The position numbers and the translations under genes were made by a program. The notes under the pieces are model-generated. The model had not been told where the DNA came from, did not search any database, and was given only the letters and a program-made list of their open reading frames with translations. From positions 1 to 33,296 of the forward strand of contig JBCCVY010000001.1 in NCBI GenBank assembly GCA_039194725.1: a DNA stretch of 33,296 bases. The letters are read 5' to 3'. This document shows positions 18,443-27,392 of this stretch, one piece after another. How positions within the stretch are numbered: position 1 is the stretch's first letter; each line of letters begins with the position of its first letter. Source of the DNA: Pseudomonadota bacterium (GTDB lineage Bacteria > Pseudomonadota > Alphaproteobacteria > Rhizobiales > Aestuariivirgaceae).

Positions 18443-19687
18443 ATGGCCAGGGCGTTGGTGCTTGGAGCCGGAATAGTCGGGGTCACCACGGCCTACGAAC
18501 TGTGGCGGGACGGTCACGATGTGACCGTCATCGACCGCGAGGCCGGAGCGGCCGAGTTCACCAGCTTCGGCAATGCCGGCATGATCGCGCCGGGGCATGC
18601 ATATGCCTGGGCCTCGCCGGCCTCACCGAAAATTCTGCTCAGATCCCTGTGGCGCAATGATCAGGCGCTGCGGCTGAAACCGTCGCTGGATCCGGCATTT
18701 GTCAAGTGGATGTGGAAGTTCTGGGGCCAGTGCAGCACGGAACGCGCGACCATCAACACCAGGCGGAAAGTCAGGTTGTGCAACTACGCGCAGACCGTGT
18801 TTCACGAAACATGCGCTGACACGGCACTTTCATATGACGCAAATGATGGCGGCATCCTGTATCTGTTCCGGTCACAGGCCGCGTTTGACGCCGCCAACAC
18901 GAAAGCCGACATACTGCGTCGCGAAGGTTCGGAAATAGGTGTTCTGGATGCAGATGGCATCGCGCACAAGGATCCGGCGCTTGCCGATTGCAGGGATCAG
19001 TTTGCCGGGGCGTTGTTTGGCGGCCGCGATGAGACCGGTGACTGCCGCATGTTTGCGCGCAACCTGACAGGTTGGCTTGAAGAGCGCGGCGTCAAGTTCA
19101 GATGGGGTGTAACGGTGCAGGCGCTTGAGACAGAGGGAGACCGCGTCAGCTGTGTGGTGACCGACCAGGATGGCCTGACTGCAGATATTGTCGTGTTGTC
19201 GCTTGGCGTGTATTCGCCCCATCTGGTGAAGCCGCTCGGGATTGATCTGCCCATCTATCCGGTCAAGGGGTATTCAATGACCGTTCCGGTGTCGGGCCGC
19301 AACAACACACCTGCCATCGGCGGTATCGACGAGGAGAGTCTGGTTGCCTACACGCCGATGGGTGACCGCCTGCGGGTGACGGCAACCGCCGAGTTCTCAG
19401 GCTATGGTGTCCACCATTCCCCAGACGATTTCCGGCACATGACCAGCGTGGTCAAGGGATTGTTTCCCGATGGCGCCGATTACTCTAGGGCGGAGTATTG
19501 GGCTGGTCTGCGTCCGATGACGCCGGAAGGAACCCCGATTCTCGGTGCGACCCGCTTCAAGAACCTTTGGATGAACACCGGTCAGGGGCATATGGGCTGG
19601 ACCATGAGTCACGGCACCGGCAGGCTGGTTGCAGATGTCATTGCCGGGCGCAAGCCGGCGATCCCGCTGGAAGGGATGACACTTTAG
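18443..19687 (+). CDS. dadA: FAD-dependent D-amino acid dehydrogenase (DadA-like)
   Basis: LGAGIVG dinucleotide-binding motif, TSFGNAG, YPVKGYS, WAGLRPMTP, NTGQGHMGWTM; GGAG RBS. Confidence 0.87.
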   Translation: MARALVLGAGIVGVTTAYELWRDGHDVTVIDREAGAAEFTSFGNAGMIAPGHAYAWASPASPKILLRSLWRNDQALRLKPSLDPAFVKWMWKFWGQCSTERATINTRRKVRLCNYAQTVFHETCADTALSYDANDGGILYLFRSQAAFDAANTKADILRREGSEIGVLDADGIAHKDPALADCRDQFAGALFGGRDETGDCRMFARNLTGWLEERGVKFRWGVTVQALETEGDRVSCVVTDQDGLTADIVVLSLGVYSPHLVKPLGIDLPIYPVKGYSMTVPVSGRNNTPAIGGIDEESLVAYTPMGDRLRVTATAEFSGYGVHHSPDDFRHMTSVVKGLFPDGADYSRAEYWAGLRPMTPEGTPILGATRFKNLWMNTGQGHMGWTMSHGTGRLVADVIAGRKPAIPLEGMTL

Positions 19688-19837
19688 CGCCACGGTCTTG
19701 CGACTTCAGATGTGCAAATCTGTGAGTTGCCGAACAGGTATGGCTTGCTTTACGCAAAAGAGTCTCCATAACCTGTTGAGAGTCAAATGGGTGCCTGATC
19801 ACGGGGGGAAGTTGAGCGCGAGGGTGGGCTTGACGAT

Positions 19838-20104
19838 ATGTCGGAGGTTACGACCAATTGGTTCGCGGGCGTTTCGGCCGTTCTCGCGATTGCCGTGATC
19901 GTGCAGACCTTGCTGCAGATGCGCAAAACCAAGCGCTGGAATGATGGCAGCGACTCACCGTCGGGTGCGCGGCGGGTCAGCCGGGCCAGATACCGCGGTC
20001 GCCGGGTGGTTCATTACAGTGATGGAACCGTGTTGGCAGAAACCCGTTTCGGGTTCAAATCATTCGAAAGTTTTGACCGCTACCGGCAGTATATTGACCG
20101 TTAG
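19838..20104 (+). CDS. Small membrane-anchored hypothetical protein (paralogue of 20301-20651)
   Basis: One N-terminal TM helix; C-terminal RARYRGRRVVHYSDGTV...F.SFD domain shared with the next ORF. Confidence 0.75.
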   Translation: MSEVTTNWFAGVSAVLAIAVIVQTLLQMRKTKRWNDGSDSPSGARRVSRARYRGRRVVHYSDGTVLAETRFGFKSFESFDRYRQYIDR

Positions 20105-20300
20105 GGCAGGTTGCAGCCGCTAGCCGCTGTGCCGCAACGGCAGCATTTGTCGTCGTAGTGGCTCTCGCACGGCGCACTCTTTCACGTTCGGTTGCACCCG
20201 ATGCGCCCTGATGCTCGACATATCCGGTCACATCACGGCTGGCCGAATCACGATTAATCTGTTGGTTTAGGTCAGTTTTCCGCTTTCACCGGGCGCTGTC

Positions 20301-20651
20301 ATGAAAAAGATTCTGACATTTTTGTTCACGTCACTGAGCATCGTGATCATGAGTGTGGCGTTGACCGTGTTTTTGGATCTGGGTGTCGCAACGATGGTGC
20401 TGATGGCCACGATCGGATCGTTGGTTTGTCTGCTGGTTTTTGTTGTTGTTCCCCGCATCAGGTTGCAGACTGCGGAGCGGGAGTACCGGCAGTTGCTGAG
20501 GGAGGGGGTGCATTTGATCGTGGGGCGCGCCCGTTACCGGGGACGTCGCGTGCTGCACTATGCGGACGGCAGCGTGGCCGTGCAGACCTCGCGCGGGATG
20601 CTGGCATTTGACAACTTTGATTCCTGCCGACAGTTTATCGACGGACGCTGA
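20301..20651 (+). CDS. Small membrane protein, two TM helices (paralogue of 19838-20104)
   Basis: Two hydrophobic helices, then RARYRGRRVLHYADGSV...FDNFD. Confidence 0.78.
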   Translation: MKKILTFLFTSLSIVIMSVALTVFLDLGVATMVLMATIGSLVCLLVFVVVPRIRLQTAEREYRQLLREGVHLIVGRARYRGRRVLHYADGSVAVQTSRGMLAFDNFDSCRQFIDGR

Positions 20652-20816
20652 AGCGACACTTTCATACGGTAAGTGGTGGATGGCAGCAGGTGCTGTGTAT
20701 GGCGTACCGAGTGTTTCAGATACAACGGGCTTGACGTGTGCATTTCAGCTTCATGCAGCAGCGAGACTGGAAACTGCCGCTAGGTGTGAAATTGAACCAG
20801 GACGCTTTGAATTGAG

Positions 20817-21590
20817 ATGATCTCCGGCATTTTCAAAAAGCTTGTTTCGAAGAGCAAGGGTTCGCAGCAGGACGACGAGCCGCGCCTTCCAGACGGGGTG
20901 AGGGTATATGTGATCGGCGACATCCACGGCAGAATAGATCTGCTTGAGCGGCTTTACGCGATGATGGAGGCTGATCGCAAGGAACAGCCGATTGGTCATT
21001 GCGTCGAGGTTTTCCTGGGTGACTACATCGACCGGGGACCGTCATCCAGGGAGGTGCTGGACTGGATGGTGAAGGGCCACAGTTTCTGCAACAAGCGGAT
21101 TACCTTGCGCGGCAACCATGAGCTCTACCTGCAGGATTTTTTGAACGATCCCGGTGTGATCAGTTCCTGGGGGCAATATGGCGGGCTGGAAACGCTGCAT
21201 TCATACGGGCTGAAATTCCGAATGCCCATGGGGGAGGATCAGTGGGCCGACATTCAAAAGGGCCTGCTGGATGCAATGCCGCCCAGCCATCGGGTTTTTC
21301 TGGAGAGCTGCATTCTGTCGGCTGGGGCGGGCAAATACTTCTTCGCCCACGCCGGGGTGAATCCGCACATTCCGCTGGATGACCAGGTGGCGCAGGATCT
21401 GCTCTGGATCCGGGAACCGTTCCTGAGCCATGACAAGGCATTGCCGAAAATGATCGTTCACGGCCATACGCCGACCGAGAAGCCCCAAATCGAGGTTCAC
21501 CGCATTGGTATTGACACCGGTGCCTATATCACCGGGCGTCTCACCTGTGCGGTTCTTGAAGGAAACGATGTGCGGTTTCTGTCGACCTAG
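20817..21590 (+). CDS. Metallophosphoesterase, PPP-family Ser/Thr protein phosphatase-like
   Basis: GDIHG, GDYIDRG, LRGNHE, HAG, HGHT and IDTG motifs. Confidence 0.92.
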   Translation: MISGIFKKLVSKSKGSQQDDEPRLPDGVRVYVIGDIHGRIDLLERLYAMMEADRKEQPIGHCVEVFLGDYIDRGPSSREVLDWMVKGHSFCNKRITLRGNHELYLQDFLNDPGVISSWGQYGGLETLHSYGLKFRMPMGEDQWADIQKGLLDAMPPSHRVFLESCILSAGAGKYFFAHAGVNPHIPLDDQVAQDLLWIREPFLSHDKALPKMIVHGHTPTEKPQIEVHRIGIDTGAYITGRLTCAVLEGNDVRFLST

Positions 21591-21643
21591 TGCAATCCGA
21601 GGCGCTCGAAACTTCGAAACTGAAGCGCCGAATTTTCAGAAAA

Positions 21644-21662
21644 TTTACCACTTGTTAACCAT
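21644..21662 (+). promoter_or_regulatory. Candidate CtrA-binding site upstream of the polysaccharide export genes
   Basis: TTTA-CCACTTG-TTAACCAT versus the consensus TTAA-N7-TTAAC: one mismatch, with a TTAACCAT half-site. Confidence 0.5.
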
Positions 21663-21810
21663 TTGGCAATCTATGCTGACCTAGTGTTGTTTTGATACGG
21701 CGGCGTCAGATGGTATGAATGAGTTACTGATTCGCTGTTAGTGGGCGTCATACGTCTTGGGACAAGGCTTTGTGTACCGGCCTTGTCCGAGAAAGCTGAT
21801 GGTAGAGGTC

Positions 21811-22449
21811 ATGATCCTTGGGGGATTTCAGAGCCGGTTCAAAATACTCGCAGGGTTGGTCCTGGTTGCAAGCCTGCTGACCGCCTGCGGCGCTTCGACC
21901 AGCGGTCCGGGAGCTGCCGGATTGTCGGCGGCGCCGGAGAGTTATGGTGCGACCGTGCAGTCGGCTGTGCCCACAGCGGCCGGGACGGAAACCGCGTACC
22001 GGCTGGGCTCCGGCGACAAGGTCAAGGTCAATGTTTTCGGCGAAGCTGACCTGTCCGGTGAATTCCTGGTCGGAGACAATGGCCGAATAGATCTGCCGCT
22101 CATCGGTGCGGTGCAGGCGCGGGGCCAGACGGTCACCCAGTTTCAGAATGCAGTCGTGGCCCGGTATTCGGCCGGTTACCTGAGAGACCCCAAGGTGTCC
22201 GTTTCGGTGCTGAACTACCGCCCGTTCTTCATCCAAGGCGAAGTGGGCAAGGGCGGTGAATATCCCTACAAGGCCGGGCTGACCGTACAAGACGCTGTCG
22301 CCATCGCAGGCGGATATACCTATCGGGCAAATACCGGCAAGGCTTTCGTACGTCGGGCAGGCCAGGATCGGGAAGTGGAAATTCAGACAAATCAGCGGGT
22401 TGCGATCAACCCCGGCGATATCATCCGAATACCGGAGCGGTTCTTCTGA
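21811..22449 (+). CDS. Short OPX/Wza-family polysaccharide export lipoprotein (start uncertain: 21799 or 21811)
   Basis: Lipobox LTAC; YRLGSGDKVKVNVFGE PES domain, GRIDLPLIG, GEVGKGGEYPY/AIAGG SLBB domain; ends PGDIIRIPERFF with no C-terminal OM helix. Confidence 0.9.
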   Translation: MILGGFQSRFKILAGLVLVASLLTACGASTSGPGAAGLSAAPESYGATVQSAVPTAAGTETAYRLGSGDKVKVNVFGEADLSGEFLVGDNGRIDLPLIGAVQARGQTVTQFQNAVVARYSAGYLRDPKVSVSVLNYRPFFIQGEVGKGGEYPYKAGLTVQDAVAIAGGYTYRANTGKAFVRRAGQDREVEIQTNQRVAINPGDIIRIPERFF

Positions 22450-22627
22450 TTGTGCCATGCCAGCGGCCGCGCGGGCGGTCAGGCTCTCATCGTTTGTAAA
22501 ATGTAAGGCGTATGCGGACCAAACTGTCAATAATTCATTAGTTACCATCAGGTACTATTGGTTGTTGACGCAATTCAGCAGGCACAGATTTCGAGGCTAT
22601 GGCCGGCTGAAACAGAGGTGGACGGCG

Positions 22628-23092
22628 ATGTCAATCAGACTGGCAATCACAAGCGCAATGGGCGTTGTGCTGTTTTCAGGTTTTGTGCACGCACAAAGCA
22701 TTGAGGCGGTGGTTGCCAGCTATGATCAGGACCCGGCGCTTGCAATCGCGGTCTCAGATGCAGTCGGCGCAAACCACCGGGAAGCGGATGCCTTTTGCCG
22801 TGCGGCTGATGAGGCAGTCGAGCCGGTGCAGGTCTATGTCGGTGCCGGACTGGCCGGAGCGTATCAGTACCTGGTGTCGGTGAACGAAACTGCAGCAGCC
22901 AGCAGCATTAAACAGACGGTGTGCACTTGCGAAAGGAGCCCGGGCCAGATCCTGATTTCCTTTGCAAATGGAATTGGTGCACTGGAGCAGGACATATGTT
23001 CGGGCGCGTGGCGCGGTCAGAGCGGAGGCTCGTCGCCAGGTGTGTTCGTGATCAATGTTGACGGTGGCGGCAATGGTGTTAGCAGAAATTGA
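22628..23092 (+). CDS. Exported hypothetical protein with 4 cysteines and Gly-rich C-terminus
   Basis: GAGGTG RBS, signal peptide ending VHA, Ala-rich helical core with C, CxC, C; lies within the EPS gene cluster. Confidence 0.7.
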   Translation: MSIRLAITSAMGVVLFSGFVHAQSIEAVVASYDQDPALAIAVSDAVGANHREADAFCRAADEAVEPVQVYVGAGLAGAYQYLVSVNETAAASSIKQTVCTCERSPGQILISFANGIGALEQDICSGAWRGQSGGSSPGVFVINVDGGGNGVSRN

Positions 23093-23147
23093 TTTGATCC
23101 GGCCGATGATTTGATCGTGCAGGTAGTGGGCGAAGTTTAAATGGGGC

Positions 23148-24383
23148 GTGACGGCTGAAATGCGGGCAAGACTATTAATTGCAGTGCTTTGCGCATGTGC
23201 AGGTGTTTCGGCAGGAGCATCCGCGCAGGAGCTGTCGCGCGCGGGTGCTGGTAACATGCCCACGGTCCGTGACCGGTTTGAAGGGCTTGGTCTGCGCGCC
23301 GGCCAGTTCTGGGTTCTTCCCGATGTCGAAACCGGATACTTTTATGACAGCAATGTGTTCGGCGAATCGGCCGGACAAGATGCCGACTCAGGTGTCTATG
23401 TGTCGCCCTCAGTTTCGTTGAGATCGGACTTTGGCCGGCACCAGCTGAACCTGAAGGCTGGACTTGATCATTACGAGTATTTCGACTTTTCGTCACAGAG
23501 CCGGACTGATTTCGATGGCGAACTGGATGTTCTGCTGGAGGCGAGCAGCGATACCGTGCTCACTGGAGGCCTGAAGGGCGGGAAGTTCAATCAGGAGCCG
23601 GGGGATCTGGAATACCCGACAACCGGCCTGCCGACATCGCCGGGTGAATACTATACCTTCGAGTCATGGGCTTCCATCAAACATACCTTCAACCGGCTGG
23701 CTGTTTCGATAGGAGCAGCATTTGACTTTTTCGACTATGACGATGTCGATGGTGTCGACCAGGACTTCCGGGATGGTGACATTGTCACCACCGGTGGACG
23801 TGTTTCATATCTGGTCTCGCCCGGATACCGGATCTTTGGTGATTTCCGCTATAACTGGCGCGATTATGATGGCGCGACCATTGTTGACTCGGATGGTTGG
23901 CGTGCCCTTGCCGGTGTTGAGTTTGAAGTGACCCGACTGGTCACAGGCGAGTTCGGCGTCGGCTACAATGAACAGACTTTCGACATTGCAGGTTCCCCGA
24001 CAACCTCTTCATTCAGCTATCACGGCGCGCTGACCTGGAATCCGACGCCGCTGATGACGGTAAAACTTGTTGCGGACCGGACCATCGAAGACAGCACGTT
24101 TAATCAGGTAGGTCGTGTTCAGGACTCCGCCAAACTGGTGGTTGACTATGAAGTTCTGCGCGAATTGGTGTTCTCGCCATCGGTAGGCTTTGCATTCAAC
24201 GACTATGAGAATTCGCCCGTGGATGATCTCAGGATAGAGGCTGGTGCAGAACTCGAATACCGGGTGAACCGCCTCCTGTCTGTTGGCAGCAGGTACAAAT
24301 ACTCCTACAGTGATGTAACAGGTCCCGGCCTTACCGATTGGGACCGTCACCTTGTGGGCGTCTATGCTAAAGCGCGCTTCTGA
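23148..24383 (+). CDS. Outer-membrane beta-barrel protein associated with polysaccharide export
   Basis: Signal peptide, YDSNVF motif, many alternating-aromatic beta-strands, C-terminal Phe (YAKARF); lies between OPX and Wzc. Confidence 0.88.
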   Translation: MTAEMRARLLIAVLCACAGVSAGASAQELSRAGAGNMPTVRDRFEGLGLRAGQFWVLPDVETGYFYDSNVFGESAGQDADSGVYVSPSVSLRSDFGRHQLNLKAGLDHYEYFDFSSQSRTDFDGELDVLLEASSDTVLTGGLKGGKFNQEPGDLEYPTTGLPTSPGEYYTFESWASIKHTFNRLAVSIGAAFDFFDYDDVDGVDQDFRDGDIVTTGGRVSYLVSPGYRIFGDFRYNWRDYDGATIVDSDGWRALAGVEFEVTRLVTGEFGVGYNEQTFDIAGSPTTSSFSYHGALTWNPTPLMTVKLVADRTIEDSTFNQVGRVQDSAKLVVDYEVLRELVFSPSVGFAFNDYENSPVDDLRIEAGAELEYRVNRLLSVGSRYKYSYSDVTGPGLTDWDRHLVGVYAKARF

Positions 24384-26703
24384 TAACAGTCCTGCGGCTG
24401 GCCGCGAGGGGTACCCTGACTCACCATCTCCCTTGGAGCTTGGTGGCTCCGATGGTATTGATTTAAGGGAGCTTTTCCGGATTGCGCGCCGCCGCGGCCC
24501 GATGGTTGCGGTGATCGGATTCCTGACTGCGTTGCTGGGCGCAGTGTATGCCTTGCAGCTCACGCCTGTGTACACCGCCAAGTCCACTCTGCTGATCGAT
24601 ACGAATCAGAAGAACATAATTAACGCCGAAGCCATTGTTTCAGGCATCGGGCGAGACAATTCTGCACTGGAAAGTGAACTCGAGCTTATTCGTTCATACG
24701 ATGTGGCCAAACGGGTGGTTCGCAAGTTGAAGCTTGACGAGCAGGCGGGCGCTGGGCCTGCAAAGGTGTCTGCGGTTCGGCAACTGATCTCTTTGGTGTT
24801 CTCCCGTGAGCCTGCCCCGGAACCGGTTGTTAGTGAAAACAGGACCGACAAGATTATTCGTTCGCTGGCGAACTCCATATCGGTGGACCGCAAGGGTTGG
24901 ACCTATGTGGTCGATATCAAGTACACCTCTCAGAACCCGGTAAAGGCGGCCCAGGTGGCCAATGCCTTCGCGGACGAATACCTGGTTGATCAGCTGGAAG
25001 CGAATTACGAGGTTACACGCCGTGCCAACGACTGGCTCAGTGAACGCCTCAGCGACCTCCGGAAAAAGGTGCGTGAATCAGAGCGGGCCGTCGAACTGTT
25101 CAAGGTGGAAAACAACATCGTTGAAGCTAACGGTTCAACGTTAAGCGACCAGCAGGTTGCCAAACTGAACGAACAGCTGATTCTGGCACGTGCTGAATCG
25201 GCGCAGGCGCAAGCCAAGTATGATCAGGTTCAGGCTGTGCGCAAACGGGGCGGAGACATTACGGCATTTGCCGACGCCCTGCAGTCCAGTGCACTGGCAT
25301 CCCTGAAAGGCAAGGCGTCGGAGATACGCCGCGAGCTTGCCGATCTGAGCGCCAAGTACGGCGACAGGCACCCGTCGGTGGTGTCGGCGCGAGCTCAGCT
25401 CCAAGATGTCAGGCGGTCGGTCAGTTCCGAGGCCAAACGCATTCTGACGTCCACGGAAAATGCGCTGAGGGTTGCCCGCAGCCGCGAGAAATCCATCGCG
25501 GCCAGTCTTGCCGAGGTCAAGGGGACCGCGTCGAGAGACGGTCAGGCAGAGGTGATTCTCAGGGAACTTGAAAGAGAGGCGGCGGCCAACAAGGCTTTGT
25601 TTGAGTCTTTCCTGTCCAGGTTCAAGCAAACCAGTGAACAGGAAAAACTCAACACGAACAATTCGCGTGTCATTGAGCGAGCATCGCCGCCGACAGCACC
25701 GAGTGCACCCAACAAGAAGTCAATTGTGATACTCGCGACCTTGCTGGGCCTGGGTCTCGGAGCCGGCATAGCTTTCCTGCTTGAACAGCTTGACGCCGGA
25801 TACCGCACGACTATCCAGATAGAGAAACAGCTGGGTGTTCCGGTTCTTGCGACCATTCCGCGCTCGGACAGTGAGTTGCCCGGCAGCGGGATCGGACGTG
25901 CGGCCCGTAGGTTCAATCCATTCAGCTTTTTGACCGGACTGTTTCGCAGAGGCGACAAGTCAGAGCGCCGGATGGGCAAGAGTGACAGGGTGAGCATCAG
26001 CCGCCTTGTGGTCCAAAAACCATTGTCGAGTTTCACCGAGGCCGTTCGGGCCCTCAGAATGGGCATCAAGTTTGCCGATGTTGACCGCCCGCAGAAAATT
26101 GTGCTGCTTGCGTCGGCGCTGCCGGGTGAAGGCAAGTCCACCATCGCCAGCAACCTGGCACTGCATGCGGCCGCCTCTGGCGAGCGCGTACTGATCATCG
26201 ATCTTGACCTGCGCCACCCAGTCCTCACATCGCTGTATGCGCCAGACGCCAAGCACGGCGCGGTGGAGCTGCTGCTTGGCGAGGTTGATCTGAAACAGGT
26301 GATTGTGAAGGATGCCGCATCAGGACTGCACATTTTGCCGGCACCACGCCGCAAGGACCTGACCCATACAGCTGAGTTGCTGGGGTCGAAGCGGATGAAA
26401 GACCTGTTCACCCATCTGTCCGGATTTTACGACCTCATTGTGGTTGATACCTCGCCATTGCTGCCGGTCACGGATGGCCGAGCCCTGATCGACGTGGTTG
26501 ATTCACTCGTGCTGGTGGTGAAGTGGGAAACGACAGCACGTGATGCCGTTGATGCCGCTTTGAAACAGTCTCTCGGGGCTGACGGCAAGCTGACCGGCGT
26601 CGTCATGAACGACGTCGTGGCTTCAAGAGCCCGCTATTACGAGTACTACAAGTCAGGTTACTACAGCAAAAAGTACCCGTATTATTATGGCGGGTCGGCT
26701 TAG
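24364..26703 (+). CDS. wzc: Polysaccharide co-polymerase / tyrosine autokinase (Wzc/ExoP/GumC family); start uncertain
   Basis: Two TM helices flanking a coiled-coil periplasmic region, PTAPSAP motif, Walker A SALPGEGKST, IDLDLR, VVDTSP, C-terminal Tyr cluster YYEYYKSGYYSKKYPYYY. Confidence 0.95.
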   Translation: MLKRASDNSPAAGREGYPDSPSPLELGGSDGIDLRELFRIARRRGPMVAVIGFLTALLGAVYALQLTPVYTAKSTLLIDTNQKNIINAEAIVSGIGRDNSALESELELIRSYDVAKRVVRKLKLDEQAGAGPAKVSAVRQLISLVFSREPAPEPVVSENRTDKIIRSLANSISVDRKGWTYVVDIKYTSQNPVKAAQVANAFADEYLVDQLEANYEVTRRANDWLSERLSDLRKKVRESERAVELFKVENNIVEANGSTLSDQQVAKLNEQLILARAESAQAQAKYDQVQAVRKRGGDITAFADALQSSALASLKGKASEIRRELADLSAKYGDRHPSVVSARAQLQDVRRSVSSEAKRILTSTENALRVARSREKSIAASLAEVKGTASRDGQAEVILRELEREAAANKALFESFLSRFKQTSEQEKLNTNNSRVIERASPPTAPSAPNKKSIVILATLLGLGLGAGIAFLLEQLDAGYRTTIQIEKQLGVPVLATIPRSDSELPGSGIGRAARRFNPFSFLTGLFRRGDKSERRMGKSDRVSISRLVVQKPLSSFTEAVRALRMGIKFADVDRPQKIVLLASALPGEGKSTIASNLALHAAASGERVLIIDLDLRHPVLTSLYAPDAKHGAVELLLGEVDLKQVIVKDAASGLHILPAPRRKDLTHTAELLGSKRMKDLFTHLSGFYDLIVVDTSPLLPVTDGRALIDVVDSLVLVVKWETTARDAVDAALKQSLGADGKLTGVVMNDVVASRARYYEYYKSGYYSKKYPYYYGGSA

Positions 26704-27346
26704 CGTGTTGTTCGGCGCCAGTCCGCTCGCCATGGGATTTCTGCTTTCTCTGGGTGTCTGCGTAACTGGCTTGGGCGGATATCAGCTTTTCCGGTTGAGT
26801 GACACGCACCTGCATAACGAAGTGTTGTATTCGGTCTCCCCCGGAACGCTGCAGGTTTGGCTGACGACGCTGGATCCGGCGAAGCCTGAGAACGCATCAA
26901 GGATTGCAGACCGATTTGTCGACATGACTCTGCCGCAACGGCGCGACGCGGTTCTGGCAATTGCGCGGCCTGGTTTTTTTGAATCCATGGCGCTGGATTT
27001 TGCCGGCCAGCGGCGATTGCAGACGCTGATGCTGCAGGCTTTGGGCCTGGCACTTGCCAGGGCGCCGGCACTTGGCGAATTGTGGTTGCTGTCTGCCAGG
27101 TTGCGCAACAACCTGTTTGGGTTCGATGCCACCACCCAACACCATCTTGAACTGTCGTTTGCCTATGCTCCGAAGGAGGTTGATCTGGTGTTGGAGCGGT
27201 TGCAGATGACCAGCCACGCCTGGCCGCTGCTCAATGATCGCGTCAGGGACATAGTTGGGCATGATGTCCGAATTGTCGACAAGGCTTATCCTGACCGAGC
27301 TGCAGAATTGCGGGCCTATCTTCGAAAAGCCGGAGCGCAGTTCTGA
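26687..27346 (+). CDS. Membrane-anchored helical hypothetical protein in the EPS cluster
   Basis: N-terminal hydrophobic helix, Leu/Ala-rich helical remainder; overlaps the wzc 3' end. Confidence 0.7.
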   Translation: MAGRLSVLFGASPLAMGFLLSLGVCVTGLGGYQLFRLSDTHLHNEVLYSVSPGTLQVWLTTLDPAKPENASRIADRFVDMTLPQRRDAVLAIARPGFFESMALDFAGQRRLQTLMLQALGLALARAPALGELWLLSARLRNNLFGFDATTQHHLELSFAYAPKEVDLVLERLQMTSHAWPLLNDRVRDIVGHDVRIVDKAYPDRAAELRAYLRKAGAQF

Positions 27347-27392
27347 TGGATTGGTCTAAGCAATCCGCCTCTGTTTCGATCTGGGGTGCATC

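Noticed and set aside
18057-18660. Short ORFs across the MITE-like element (18057-18281, 18171-18365, 18310-18660) as a possible transposase
   Set aside because: Too short, no DDE or HUH motifs; the region is better explained by inverted repeats.
20652-20816. Intergenic region as a possible riboswitch or sRNA
   Set aside because: Only weak pairing and no recognisable riboswitch core or terminator; cannot be supported without a covariance search.
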